From positions 1 to 24,859 of IMG/VR virus record IMGVR_UViG_3300022181_000122: a DNA stretch of 24,859 nt; one strand, given 5' to 3'. The notes under the pieces are model-generated. The model ran no database searches. It was not told the DNA's origin and saw only the letters and a list, made by a program, of their open reading frames with translations. The position numbers and the translations under genes are program-made. Positions 1 to 8,428 of the stretch are shown here, piece after piece. This stretch comes from a virus. Its lineage: Duplodnaviria; Caudoviricetes. Every line of letters starts with the position of its first letter. The first letter of the stretch is position 1.

Positions 1-12
1 ACACACAACTCG
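1..12 (+). other. Probable intein C-terminal splice junction (Thr-His-Asn|Ser) in the TerL P-loop
   Basis: ACA CAC AAC TCG = T-H-N-S replaces the expected GK before SELAAAVAL; His-Asn followed by Ser is the canonical intein block G. Confidence 0.75.
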
Positions 13-1359
13 GAGCTTGCTGCGGCGGTAGCCCTGTTGCTCACCTGTGGGGACAACGAAGAACGTGCCGAAGTATATGGTTGTGCTGCGGATAGAAACC
101 AAGCCTCGATTGTCTTCAATGTGGCTGCTGATATGGTGCGCATGTCCCCTGCCCTTTCCAAGCGAGTGAAAATCCTGGATTCGATGAAGCGATTAATTTA
201 CCAACCGACAGGCAGTATTTATCAGGTACTCTCGGCTGATGTCAGCAACAAGCATGGTTTTAACACGCATGGTGTTGTTTTCGATGAGTTGCACACTCAA
301 CCCAATCGGAAGCTCTTTGATGTTATGACTAAGGGTTCTGGCGATGCGAGAACTCAACCACTCTATTTCTTGATTACCACAGCTGGAGACAATCAAAACA
401 GCATTTGCTGGGAAGTTCATCAGAAAGCTTTGGATATTATCGATGGCAGAAAGACCGACCCGACCTTCTATCCGGTGATCTATGGCGCCGCAGTTGAAGA
501 TGATTGGACGGACCCAAAAATCTGGAAGAAAGCAAATCCATCGTTAGGCATCACTGTTACCATGGATAAGGTGAAAGCGGCTTTTGAATCAGCAAGGCAG
601 AACCCAGCCGAGGAGAACAGCTTTCGGCAGCTACGCTTGAACCAGTGGGTGAAACAAGCGGTGCGTTGGATGCCGATGGAGAAATGGGATGCTTGTTCGT
701 TCACTGTTAATCCAAAAGCACTGCATGGACGAGTTTGCTATGGCGGACTAGACTTATCCAGCAGCACCGATATCACAGCATTCGCTTTAGTGTTTCCTCC
801 CATAGATGAAGATGACAAGTATCATATCTTGCCATATTTTTGGATGCCGGAGGATAATATTGATCTTCGGGTCAAGCGTGATCATGTCAACTATGATGTC
901 TGGAAGAAGCAAGGTTACCTTTTAACCACTGAAGGAAATGTTGTGCATTACGGCTTTATTGAAGCTTTTATTGAAGAGTTAGGCACAAAATACAACATAC
1001 GAGAAATTGCGTTTGACCGCTGGGGAGCAGTGCAAATGACACAGAATTTAGAAAACCTTGGCTTCACGGTGGTACCATTCGGTCAAGGTTTTAAAGATAT
1101 GTCTCCTCCAACGAAGGAGTTAATGAAACTGACGTATGAACAGAGGATAGCCCATGGAGGACACCCAATTCTGCGATGGATGATGGATAACATTTTCATT
1201 CGCACAGATCCGGCAGGAAACATAAAGGCAGATAAGGAGAAATCCACAGAGAAAATTGATGGTGCTGTAGCAACCATCATGGCTTTGGATAGAGCGATAC
1301 GGTGCGGTTCGGGGAATTCAGAGTCTGTTTATAATGAGCGCGGATTGTTGATACTATAG
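1..1359 (+). CDS. terL: Phage terminase large subunit, 5'-truncated at window edge (frame open from base 1)
   Basis: Frame from base 1 reads THNSELAAAVALLLTCGD; Walker B GVVFDELH, ITTAG coupling motif, nuclease motifs GGLDLSS, IAFDRWG and KIDGAVA. The ORF-track start at 37 is internal. Confidence 0.95.
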   Translation, partial: THNSELAAAVALLLTCGDNEERAEVYGCAADRNQASIVFNVAADMVRMSPALSKRVKILDSMKRLIYQPTGSIYQVLSADVSNKHGFNTHGVVFDELHTQPNRKLFDVMTKGSGDARTQPLYFLITTAGDNQNSICWEVHQKALDIIDGRKTDPTFYPVIYGAAVEDDWTDPKIWKKANPSLGITVTMDKVKAAFESARQNPAEENSFRQLRLNQWVKQAVRWMPMEKWDACSFTVNPKALHGRVCYGGLDLSSSTDITAFALVFPPIDEDDKYHILPYFWMPEDNIDLRVKRDHVNYDVWKKQGYLLTTEGNVVHYGFIEAFIEELGTKYNIREIAFDRWGAVQMTQNLENLGFTVVPFGQGFKDMSPPTKELMKLTYEQRIAHGGHPILRWMMDNIFIRTDPAGNIKADKEKSTEKIDGAVATIMALDRAIRCGSGNSESVYNERGLLIL

Positions 1360-1364
1360 CATCT
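1357..1364 (+). repeat. Direct repeat TAGCATCT, copy 1 (second copy 3387-3394), flanking accessory cassette 1
   Basis: Identical 8-mer overlapping the terL stop codon and at the start of the hairpin before portal. Confidence 0.5.
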
Positions 1365-1410
1365 TGTTATTTGGTAAGCGAATTATATTTTATTATTTTT
1401 TAATTTTATA

Positions 1411-1439
1411 TTGACATATTTAACAAACTCTGTTATGGT
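1411..1439 (+). promoter_or_regulatory. SigmaA-type promoter for the GIY-YIG gene
   Basis: TTGACA (1411-1416), 17 nt spacer, TATGGT (1434-1439) with extended -10 TG; very AT-rich UP-like tract 1381-1410. Confidence 0.7.
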
Positions 1440-1476
1440 TTGGTTCGATAGAATTAATCCATACAGGAGGGTTCTT

Positions 1477-2187
1477 ATGCCAATCAGTGTTGAACAATTA
1501 TTCAAGATTAATGGAAAAGAGATTATGGGTCAGGTCAAGTGGGGACAATCTATCGATTGCAGGCAACCGGGTGTTTATGTTGTTGCTATTACAGATAGCG
1601 CAACTAAAATCGTAGGATTAGATAACGCACCTATATCAAATCCGAAAGTTTGTGATTGGGTCGCCTATGTTCCGACGTTGAGACTGAAGCAATTTAGAAT
1701 CACGAATGGGAGAAAAATATATTATGATGATGTTGACATAGAGAGCCTGGCTAACGGATTATTTATGTCATATCTTTGCCCTTCAGTATGGAAGTCCACT
1801 TCTGAGAGTTTAGTAGAGAGGTTAAAAACGTTTTGGCTTCCAGATGAAACAATCCTTTACATTGGTATGACCGGCTCTTCTTTGAAAAAACGGGTAAATG
1901 AATACTACAAGGCAAAATTAGGAGATTCTAAGCCGCACAGGGGTGGGCACTGGATCAAAACCCTAGCAAATCTTGAACAAGTAAATGTATACTGGACAAC
2001 TTCGGAGAAATCAGAGGCTAAATCTTTAGAACAAGCTTTTCTAGATACATTTGTCAAAAACGTATCTAGAAAAAGCTTAAATCAACTATCCGATCCTAAT
2101 CATCCTTTCCCCTATGCAAACCTAGAGTTTCCAAAGGGAATAAAGAAAAATCACGGAATACTCTTTTCGACTAATCTAGGAATCTAA
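1477..2187 (+). CDS. GIY-YIG-like nuclease (accessory gene)
   Basis: SD AGGAGG 1465-1470 before ATG 1477; motifs PGVYVV, ILYIGMT-x-SLKKR, SLEQAFL and PYANLE match the GIY-YIG Y/Y-G/R/E/N set. Confidence 0.65.
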   Translation: MPISVEQLFKINGKEIMGQVKWGQSIDCRQPGVYVVAITDSATKIVGLDNAPISNPKVCDWVAYVPTLRLKQFRITNGRKIYYDDVDIESLANGLFMSYLCPSVWKSTSESLVERLKTFWLPDETILYIGMTGSSLKKRVNEYYKAKLGDSKPHRGGHWIKTLANLEQVNVYWTTSEKSEAKSLEQAFLDTFVKNVSRKSLNQLSDPNHPFPYANLEFPKGIKKNHGILFSTNLGI

Positions 2188-2284
2188 ATCAGTTTATTAA
2201 GTACATATCATAAACTTATCTCATGGGACGGAAATCCGAAACTTTCTATGCAAAGGGATGCAGGAATTTTTAGCGAATTTTGAA

Positions 2285-2313
2285 TTGATTTATTCTGTCA
2301 TGTATGATAGTAT
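2285..2313 (+). promoter_or_regulatory. SigmaA-type promoter for the lipoprotein gene
   Basis: TTGATT (2285-2290), 17 nt spacer, TAGTAT (2308-2313) preceded by TG-n. Confidence 0.5.
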
Positions 2314-2348
2314 TTATGTAGTTCAGAAAATTCGAAAGGGGTATCCAT

Positions 2349-3371
2349 ATGAGAAAGTCAAATCTCTTGTTCCTTTTCTTAGCTCTGCTACTTATACTAA
2401 CGAGTTGTACATCCCAAGAGAAACCTGATGTTGTTGTGACTGCATTTAATACTGCTTTACAGAAACTAGACTATGAGGGTATGTCAAAATGCGTAGTCAC
2501 AACAGACGATGTTATTAAGGAACCTTTTGAAGACTATGATGAGTTTTCTAATCAGCTTTTGACATACCTATCGACTGCCTCGAGTAAAATGAAGTTCAAT
2601 ATTGAGAAGTCTGAAGTTGGGGACGAGACAGCAACAGTTTCAGTTAAATACACTTATATTGATGCAACACCCATAATAGCTGCAACGATGGGAGAGTATT
2701 TCCAACAAGCGTTTGCGATGGCATTTAGTGGCGCAGATGAGGAACTTTTGGGTAATTTATTCGGGACAATATTTACCGAAAAAGTCTCCACTGTTACTAC
2801 AAACACGACTGAAACTACTATTGATTTTAAGTGTGTTATGACAGAAGATGGTTGGAAGATTAGCGTAGTTCCAGAAGGAATCGCAGATGTATTTACTTGC
2901 AACATCACTAAAGCCTTCTCTGCTTTTAACGAATCTCAAGATAATGAAGAAGATGAAGAAGTTGAGTATATATACCAGGATGTTCCATTAGGTGAAGAAG
3001 TGGAACTAGCTACAATAAAGATAAGACTAACAAAAGTTGAAGAATCAAAAGAACTAAAATCTAGTTATTCAAAAATTACTGCTCCTAATGGCTCGAAATT
3101 CGTTTTTGTGCATGCAGAGATTGAAAACATAACAAAGACACCTCTCGATTTTAATAACGATCTATTTCTTTACGATGATCAAGGAAGGCAATACTCACCA
3201 TATGAAGATGCTTATATGTATGATGGTAATTCTTTCAGCTATGTAGAATTGGCAGCTAATATTGAGCAGAAAGGAGTGCTTCTTTATAATGTTCCTGAGG
3301 ACAGTAAAGGCTTCTATTTAAAAGTTGGAAAACTAAACTCAAATGAAAGGTATAATCTTCAAACCGAATAA
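2349..3371 (+). CDS. Acidic two-domain lipoprotein with a DUF4352-like C-terminal domain (accessory gene)
   Basis: Signal peptide MRKSNLLFLFLALLLILTS|C with lipobox; N-terminal domain ending GWKI; acidic linker; C-terminal KFVFVHAEIEN...LYDDQGRQY...GVLLYNVP pattern. Confidence 0.75.
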   Translation: MRKSNLLFLFLALLLILTSCTSQEKPDVVVTAFNTALQKLDYEGMSKCVVTTDDVIKEPFEDYDEFSNQLLTYLSTASSKMKFNIEKSEVGDETATVSVKYTYIDATPIIAATMGEYFQQAFAMAFSGADEELLGNLFGTIFTEKVSTVTTNTTETTIDFKCVMTEDGWKISVVPEGIADVFTCNITKAFSAFNESQDNEEDEEVEYIYQDVPLGEEVELATIKIRLTKVEESKELKSSYSKITAPNGSKFVFVHAEIENITKTPLDFNNDLFLYDDQGRQYSPYEDAYMYDGNSFSYVELAANIEQKGVLLYNVPEDSKGFYLKVGKLNSNERYNLQTE

Positions 3372-3387
3372 CTTCATAGCCAATCTT

Positions 3388-3419
3388 AGCATCTACCGAC
3401 CAAAGGTAGGTGCTTTTTT
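3388..3419 (+). terminator. Intrinsic terminator
   Basis: AGCATCTACC-(GACCAAA)-GGTAGGTGCT stem followed by a T run. Confidence 0.75.
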
Positions 3420-3446
3420 CATACCCAATTGCAAGGAGTGATGTCA

Positions 3447-4703
3447 ATGGGAATCTTACAAGACCTTTTCAGATCTCGTGATAAACCGAAAGATTCTCTT
3501 AGTGGTGGCAGATACAGTTTCTTCTACGGCAACACCAGCGCGGGAAAGCCGGTCAACGAACATACCGCTATGCAGATGACTGCTGTCTACTCCTGTGTCA
3601 GAATCCTAGCTGAGACTGTAGCCGGTTTACCTTTGCACGTTTACCGTTATACAGATAACGGAGGGAAAGAAAAGCACTGGCAGCATCCTCTTTACCGGCT
3701 GCTCCATGATGAACCCAACACAGAGATGACCTCTTTTGCTTTTCGCGAAACCCTCATGAGCCACTTACTCCTTTGGGGTAATGCCTACGCACAAATCATT
3801 CGAAACGCACGAGGTGAAGTCATCGCTCTCTATCCCTTAATGCCCAACAAAATCACGGTCGATCGCGATAACAGCGGTCGGCTTTTTTATATGTATCGCA
3901 GAAATCCAGAAGACTTCTCCTCACAAGGGAAGCCGAGTGAAGTATACTTACAACCTTCAGATGTGCTGCACATTCCCGGGTTAGGATTTGACGGACTCGT
4001 TGGATACTCCCCCATTGCAATGGCCAAGAACGCGGTGGGACTCGCCATCGCAACCGAAGAATACGGTGCTAAGTTCTTTGCTAATGGGGCGGCTCCAGGT
4101 GGTGTGTTAGAACATCCCGGAGTCATAAAAGATCCACAAAAGGTCAAGGACAGCTGGAACACTGTCTATCAAGGAAGCAGTAATGCTCATAAAGTAGCAG
4201 TGTTAGAAGAAGGCATGAAGTACCAACCCATCGGAATCTCACCGGAGCAGGCACAATTTTTAGAAACTCGGAAATTCCAAATCAACGAAATCGCTCGTAT
4301 CTTTCGCGTGCCACCACATATGCTAGCCGATTTGGAGAAATCATCCTTCTCCAATATCGAGCAACAGTCCTTAGAGTTTGTTAAGTATACCCTCGACCCC
4401 TGGGTGGTTCGTTGGGAGCAAGCCATGTGCCGAACTCTGCTAACCGAGAATGAGAAGTCGAAGGTATTCATTAAGTTCAACGTGGACGGATTACTTCGGG
4501 GAGACTATGTAAGCCGGATGAATGGGTATGCAACAGCACGGCAAAATGGCTGGATGAGTGCTAATGATATCCGAGAACTGGAGAACATGGATCGTATTCC
4601 TGTTGAACTGGGTGGTGATTTGTATCTCATCAACGGAGCTATGACCAAATTGCAGGACGCAGGTGCGTTTGCTAAATCAAATGAAACGGAGGTCAGTGAA
4701 TGA
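3447..4703 (+). CDS. Phage portal protein (HK97 family)
   Basis: AVYSCVRILAETVAGLPL, LLLWGNAYA, VLHIPGLGFDGLVGYSPI, EIARIFRVPP; SD AAGGAG 3433-3438 favours ATG 3447. Confidence 0.95.
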   Translation: MGILQDLFRSRDKPKDSLSGGRYSFFYGNTSAGKPVNEHTAMQMTAVYSCVRILAETVAGLPLHVYRYTDNGGKEKHWQHPLYRLLHDEPNTEMTSFAFRETLMSHLLLWGNAYAQIIRNARGEVIALYPLMPNKITVDRDNSGRLFYMYRRNPEDFSSQGKPSEVYLQPSDVLHIPGLGFDGLVGYSPIAMAKNAVGLAIATEEYGAKFFANGAAPGGVLEHPGVIKDPQKVKDSWNTVYQGSSNAHKVAVLEEGMKYQPIGISPEQAQFLETRKFQINEIARIFRVPPHMLADLEKSSFSNIEQQSLEFVKYTLDPWVVRWEQAMCRTLLTENEKSKVFIKFNVDGLLRGDYVSRMNGYATARQNGWMSANDIRELENMDRIPVELGGDLYLINGAMTKLQDAGAFAKSNETEVSE

Positions 4704-5386
4704 AGAAGTTTTGGAACTGGATCAAAAACGAAAACACTGAAGAGAGAATCTTGACGCTAGATGGAGTCATCGCAGAAGAGTCCTGGTTCGATGATGACAT
4801 TACCCCGAAAGCCTTCAAAGCCGAGTTACATGCGGGAGAGGGTGACATCGTTATCTGGTTAAATTCACCGGGAGGAGATTGCATTGCAGCCAGTCAGATC
4901 TATGCCATGCTCATGGACTACAAAGGCAAGATCACCGTTAAAATCGATGGTATCGCGGCTTCTGCTGCATCGGTCATTGCCATGGCCGGAACCAGTGTTC
5001 AGATGGCCCCGACCGCCTTAATGATGATCCACAACCCCTTGACCGTAGCTATTGGAGACAGCGAAGAGATGCAGAAAGCGATCTCCATGTTAACCGAAGT
5101 CAAGGAGAGCATCATCAATGCCTACGAAATTAAGACCGGCCAATCCCGAACCAAACTTTCTCACATGATGGATGCTGAGACCTGGCTGAATGCCAACAAG
5201 GCTATTGAATTGGGTTTTGCAGATCAGATCATGGAAGATGAGAAGAAACGTATTCCCACAGAAGATGTTACCTACGCCTTCAGTCGCAGAGCCGTGACCA
5301 ATTCGCTCTACTCGAAACTCAAACCCAAACAGAATACAACTCCCCTTGAGTCGCTGCAGAAGCGGCTTTTTTTATTGCCACATTAA
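4700..5386 (+). CDS. ClpP-type (S14) prohead maturation protease
   Basis: WLNSPGGD, DGIAASAASVIAMAG (catalytic Ser), MMIHNP, ETWLNANKAIELGFAD; lies between portal and capsid. Confidence 0.93.
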   Translation: MKKFWNWIKNENTEERILTLDGVIAEESWFDDDITPKAFKAELHAGEGDIVIWLNSPGGDCIAASQIYAMLMDYKGKITVKIDGIAASAASVIAMAGTSVQMAPTALMMIHNPLTVAIGDSEEMQKAISMLTEVKESIINAYEIKTGQSRTKLSHMMDAETWLNANKAIELGFADQIMEDEKKRIPTEDVTYAFSRRAVTNSLYSKLKPKQNTTPLESLQKRLFLLPH

Positions 5387-5407
5387 ATAAACGGAGGGAC
5401 AAAAACG

Positions 5408-6616
5408 ATGAATCAAATCCTAAACTTACGGGAAAAGCGTACCAAGACCTGGGAAGCAGCCAAAGCTTTCCTAGAAAGCAGACGCGGTACCGACGGATTG
5501 CTCAGTGCAGAAGATGTTTCGACCTATGAAAAAATGGAAAACGAAGTGGTCGCTCTTGGTAAAGAAATCGACCGCTTAGAAAAGCAGGAAGCGCTAGATC
5601 GCGAACTTGCCAAACCGCTCAACACTCCCTTAACCAATAGGCCTTTAACTCAAGGAACAGAGACCAAAACCGGACGGGCTTCCAATGAATACAAGAATGC
5701 TTTCTGGAATGCCATGCGCACTCGAGCCGGTGAAGGGTTAGACCCAGTAATTCGCAATGCCCTACAAGTCGGAACGGATACCGAAGGTGGCTATTTGGTT
5801 CCGGATGAATTCGAGCGCACCTTGGTAGACGCTTTAACCGAAGAGAACATCTTCCGAGGTCTCGCTAAGGTAATTACGACCTCCTCCGGAGATCGTAAAA
5901 TCCCAGTGGTGGCATCCAAGGGAACCGCTTCTTGGATTGACGAGGAAGGCACCATCACCGACACGGACGATGCCTTCAACCAAGTGTCTATTGGAGCCTA
6001 TAAACTGGCTACCATGATTAAGGTCTCGGAAGAACTGCTCAATGATAGTGCTTTTAGACTTGAACCTTATATTTCCACTGAATTCGCTCGACGTATCGGC
6101 AACAAGGAAGAAGAAGCTTTCTTTATTGGAGACGGTTCCGGTAAACCCACCGGACTCTTAGCAGCAACCGGTGGTGCACAGCTCGGAGTGACCGCAGCTA
6201 GTGCTACTGCCATTACCGTAGATGAAGTACTAGACTTGTTCTATGCCTTGAAAGCTCCTTATCGGAAGAAAGCAACCTTCCTCATGAACGATTCTACCGT
6301 CAAAGCGATTCGCAAGTTGAAAGATGGTCAAGGCCAGTATCTCTGGCAACCGTCCCTGCAAGCAGGCACTCCGGACACCATCTTGAATCGTCCCATCTAT
6401 ACCTCGGCATATGTTCCAACCATTGCCTCTGCAGCTAAGAGTATCGTTTTCGGTGACCTCGGCTATTATTGGATTGCGGATCGTCAAGGACGTGTCTTCA
6501 AACGACTCAACGAATTGTTCGCTGTAACCGGTCAGGTTGGCTTTGTAGCGACTCAACGGGTCGATGGCAAGCTCATCCTTCCAGAAGCAGTTAAGCTCTT
6601 ACAACAGAAGGCTTAA
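5408..6616 (+). CDS. Major capsid protein (HK97 fold) with N-terminal scaffold/delta domain
   Basis: Coiled-coil N-terminus, EGGYLVPDEF, IKVSEELLND, GDGSGKPTG, KLKDGQGQYLWQP, QRVDG. Confidence 0.95.
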   Translation: MNQILNLREKRTKTWEAAKAFLESRRGTDGLLSAEDVSTYEKMENEVVALGKEIDRLEKQEALDRELAKPLNTPLTNRPLTQGTETKTGRASNEYKNAFWNAMRTRAGEGLDPVIRNALQVGTDTEGGYLVPDEFERTLVDALTEENIFRGLAKVITTSSGDRKIPVVASKGTASWIDEEGTITDTDDAFNQVSIGAYKLATMIKVSEELLNDSAFRLEPYISTEFARRIGNKEEEAFFIGDGSGKPTGLLAATGGAQLGVTAASATAITVDEVLDLFYALKAPYRKKATFLMNDSTVKAIRKLKDGQGQYLWQPSLQAGTPDTILNRPIYTSAYVPTIASAAKSIVFGDLGYYWIADRQGRVFKRLNELFAVTGQVGFVATQRVDGKLILPEAVKLLQQKA

Positions 6617-6630
6617 GTGGAGGTGCTTTC

Positions 6631-6993
6631 ATGAGTTATAACGCTAAAAATTATACCGAGCAAGGCGGAGAGAAAACCGTCATCGGCGGAAGCTTAGAAA
6701 TCAAAGAGGGAGCCATCATCACGGGGCTCCCTACTCCGGTTCTTCCTATTGCCACAGAAACCGTATTGGGTGGTATCAAAGCTGCAAGTAAAGCAGAAAC
6801 GGATACGGTTCCTGTCAAAGTGGATGATGCTGGTCTTCTGTATGTGCCAAACTACCCAAGTGTTCCAGCAATTCCGGTGATGGACAATCAGGTGGATAGT
6901 GTGGCTACTGAAATCGCAGCTCTAGTTGCTGACTTTAATGCGCTACTGCTCAAACTGAAAACCAGTGGGCTTATGGTGGATGACCAAGAATAA
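6631..6993 (+). CDS. Head fibre/decoration-like protein
   Basis: Follows capsid; MSYNAKNYTEQGG N-terminus, LPIAT-x-VLGGIK motif and LVADFNALLLKLK tail seen in head-fibre-annotated phage proteins. Confidence 0.6.
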   Translation: MSYNAKNYTEQGGEKTVIGGSLEIKEGAIITGLPTPVLPIATETVLGGIKAASKAETDTVPVKVDDAGLLYVPNYPSVPAIPVMDNQVDSVATEIAALVADFNALLLKLKTSGLMVDDQE

Positions 6994-7016
6994 TTCAGAC
7001 AGGAGGTGGCTTGAGC

Positions 7017-7328
7017 ATGAGCGTCTTATTGGACAAAGTCAAAGCCAACTTGATTGTGGAATACAATCAGGATGATCAACTGCTGGAAAGTTTCATCACA
7101 GCAGCGATCTCTTATGCAGAAAGCTTCCAGCACTTTCCGGCTGGGTATTACTCCGGAGTGCTCATGCCGCCAACGACTGAACAAGCGGTGATTATGTTAG
7201 CTAGTCACTTTTATGAATCTAGAGACGGTTCCACAGGTGGCTTCTTTGCTGACAATGTTCAAGCTGGACAGCAAGTCTGGAATACCGTCAATTTGCTTTT
7301 ACGGCTTGATCGGGATTGGAAGGTGTAG
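7017..7328 (+). CDS. Head-tail connector (gp6-like)
   Basis: LLDKVKANL...DDQLL...QAVIMLASHFYESR; position. Start is ATG 7017 or TTG 7011 after SD AGGAGG 7001-7006. Confidence 0.85.
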   Translation: MSVLLDKVKANLIVEYNQDDQLLESFITAAISYAESFQHFPAGYYSGVLMPPTTEQAVIMLASHFYESRDGSTGGFFADNVQAGQQVWNTVNLLLRLDRDWKV

Positions 7329-7329
7329 C

Positions 7330-7665
7330 ATGAGCATTGGAAAAATGAACACCTCGATCGAGATCATCCGCAGTTCTATTACTCACGATGCAGAAGGATT
7401 TTCACAGAAAGTAGATCAGACCCTAGCAGCCGTGAAGGCGTATCGTGAAGGTCGACATGGTAATGAGAAGTGGGCCAATCGAGCGACGTTCAGTGAAGCC
7501 ACTGATCTCTTTCGCTTTCGCATCATACCAGGAATAAAGATTACTACAGAGCTGACGATTCTTTGCGAACAAGAGCGATACGAAATCACCTCTGCTGAGA
7601 ATATCCGTCAACGTGGGATGTATTGGGAAGTTCTCGCAAAAAAGGTGGTGCCTTCCAGTGGCTAG
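7330..7665 (+). CDS. Head closure / head-tail adaptor
   Basis: MSIGKMNT...DAEGF...LFRFR...RYEITS...; ATG 7330 immediately follows the connector stop. Confidence 0.8.
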   Translation: MSIGKMNTSIEIIRSSITHDAEGFSQKVDQTLAAVKAYREGRHGNEKWANRATFSEATDLFRFRIIPGIKITTELTILCEQERYEITSAENIRQRGMYWEVLAKKVVPSSG

Positions 7666-8089
7666 AGTTGATTTCAAATTACCGGAGGACTTCCTCAAGC
7701 GCTTATCTCGTCTCGGTGAAAAAACAGATCGCATCGTCCCTAAAGTCTTAGCAGCCGGAGCTGAAGTCGTAGAAAGCAAAGTTCGCAAGAATCTGCATGG
7801 TGTGATTGGTAATCAGACCAAAACCGAATCTCGATCTACAGGTGAACTTCTGGAATCATTAGGAACCACTCCGTCAAGAATCGATCGAGATGGAAATTAC
7901 AATGTGAAGATTGGCTTCTCCGAACCTCGTATAGATGGATCAAGCAATGCCAAGATTGCCAATATCTTAGAATACGGTAGGAGTAATCAAGTCTCAAAAC
8001 CCTTTCTGAAACCTGCGAAAACCAGTAGCCGAAAAGAATGCCTGAATGCCATGCAAGAACAATTTCAAAGGGAGTTGGAACAGATATGA
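7658..8089 (+). CDS. HK97 gp10 family tail component
   Basis: RSTGELLESL and ILEYG...KPFLKPA motifs; GTG start 7658. Confidence 0.85.
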   Translation: MARVDFKLPEDFLKRLSRLGEKTDRIVPKVLAAGAEVVESKVRKNLHGVIGNQTKTESRSTGELLESLGTTPSRIDRDGNYNVKIGFSEPRIDGSSNAKIANILEYGRSNQVSKPFLKPAKTSSRKECLNAMQEQFQRELEQI

Positions 8090-8424
8090 GCTTGTTAGGA
8101 GAGCTGAACACATTATTATCTCCCATCCTCCCTATTGAAACCGGAACCTTCTCCCAAGCACCCCCGGCTCGCTATCTGGTTCTGACTCCTTTAACAGAAG
8201 CCTTTCAACTCTATGCAGATAACCGACCACAACACGAAACACAAGAAGTTCGACTCTCGCTTTTCGATCAAGGGAACTATAACACTATCAAGAATCAGAT
8301 CATTCACACTCTGCTGAATGCAGAAATCACCATCACCGACCGCCGCTACTTAGGATATGAAGCAGATACAGGGTATCACCACTTCGTCATTGAGGTAGCA
8401 AAAGACTATCCATGGGAGGTATAA
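8086..8424 (+). CDS. Putative tail terminator/completion protein
   Basis: Position before the major tail gene; YEADTGYHH motif; ATGA overlap with the previous gene. Confidence 0.7.
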   Translation: MSLLGELNTLLSPILPIETGTFSQAPPARYLVLTPLTEAFQLYADNRPQHETQEVRLSLFDQGNYNTIKNQIIHTLLNAEITITDRRYLGYEADTGYHHFVIEVAKDYPWEV

Positions 8425-8428
8425 CAAT

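Noticed and set aside
1411-1476. ORF-track TTG start at 1411
   Set aside because: The TTG is the -35 box TTGACA; a strong SD points to ATG 1477.
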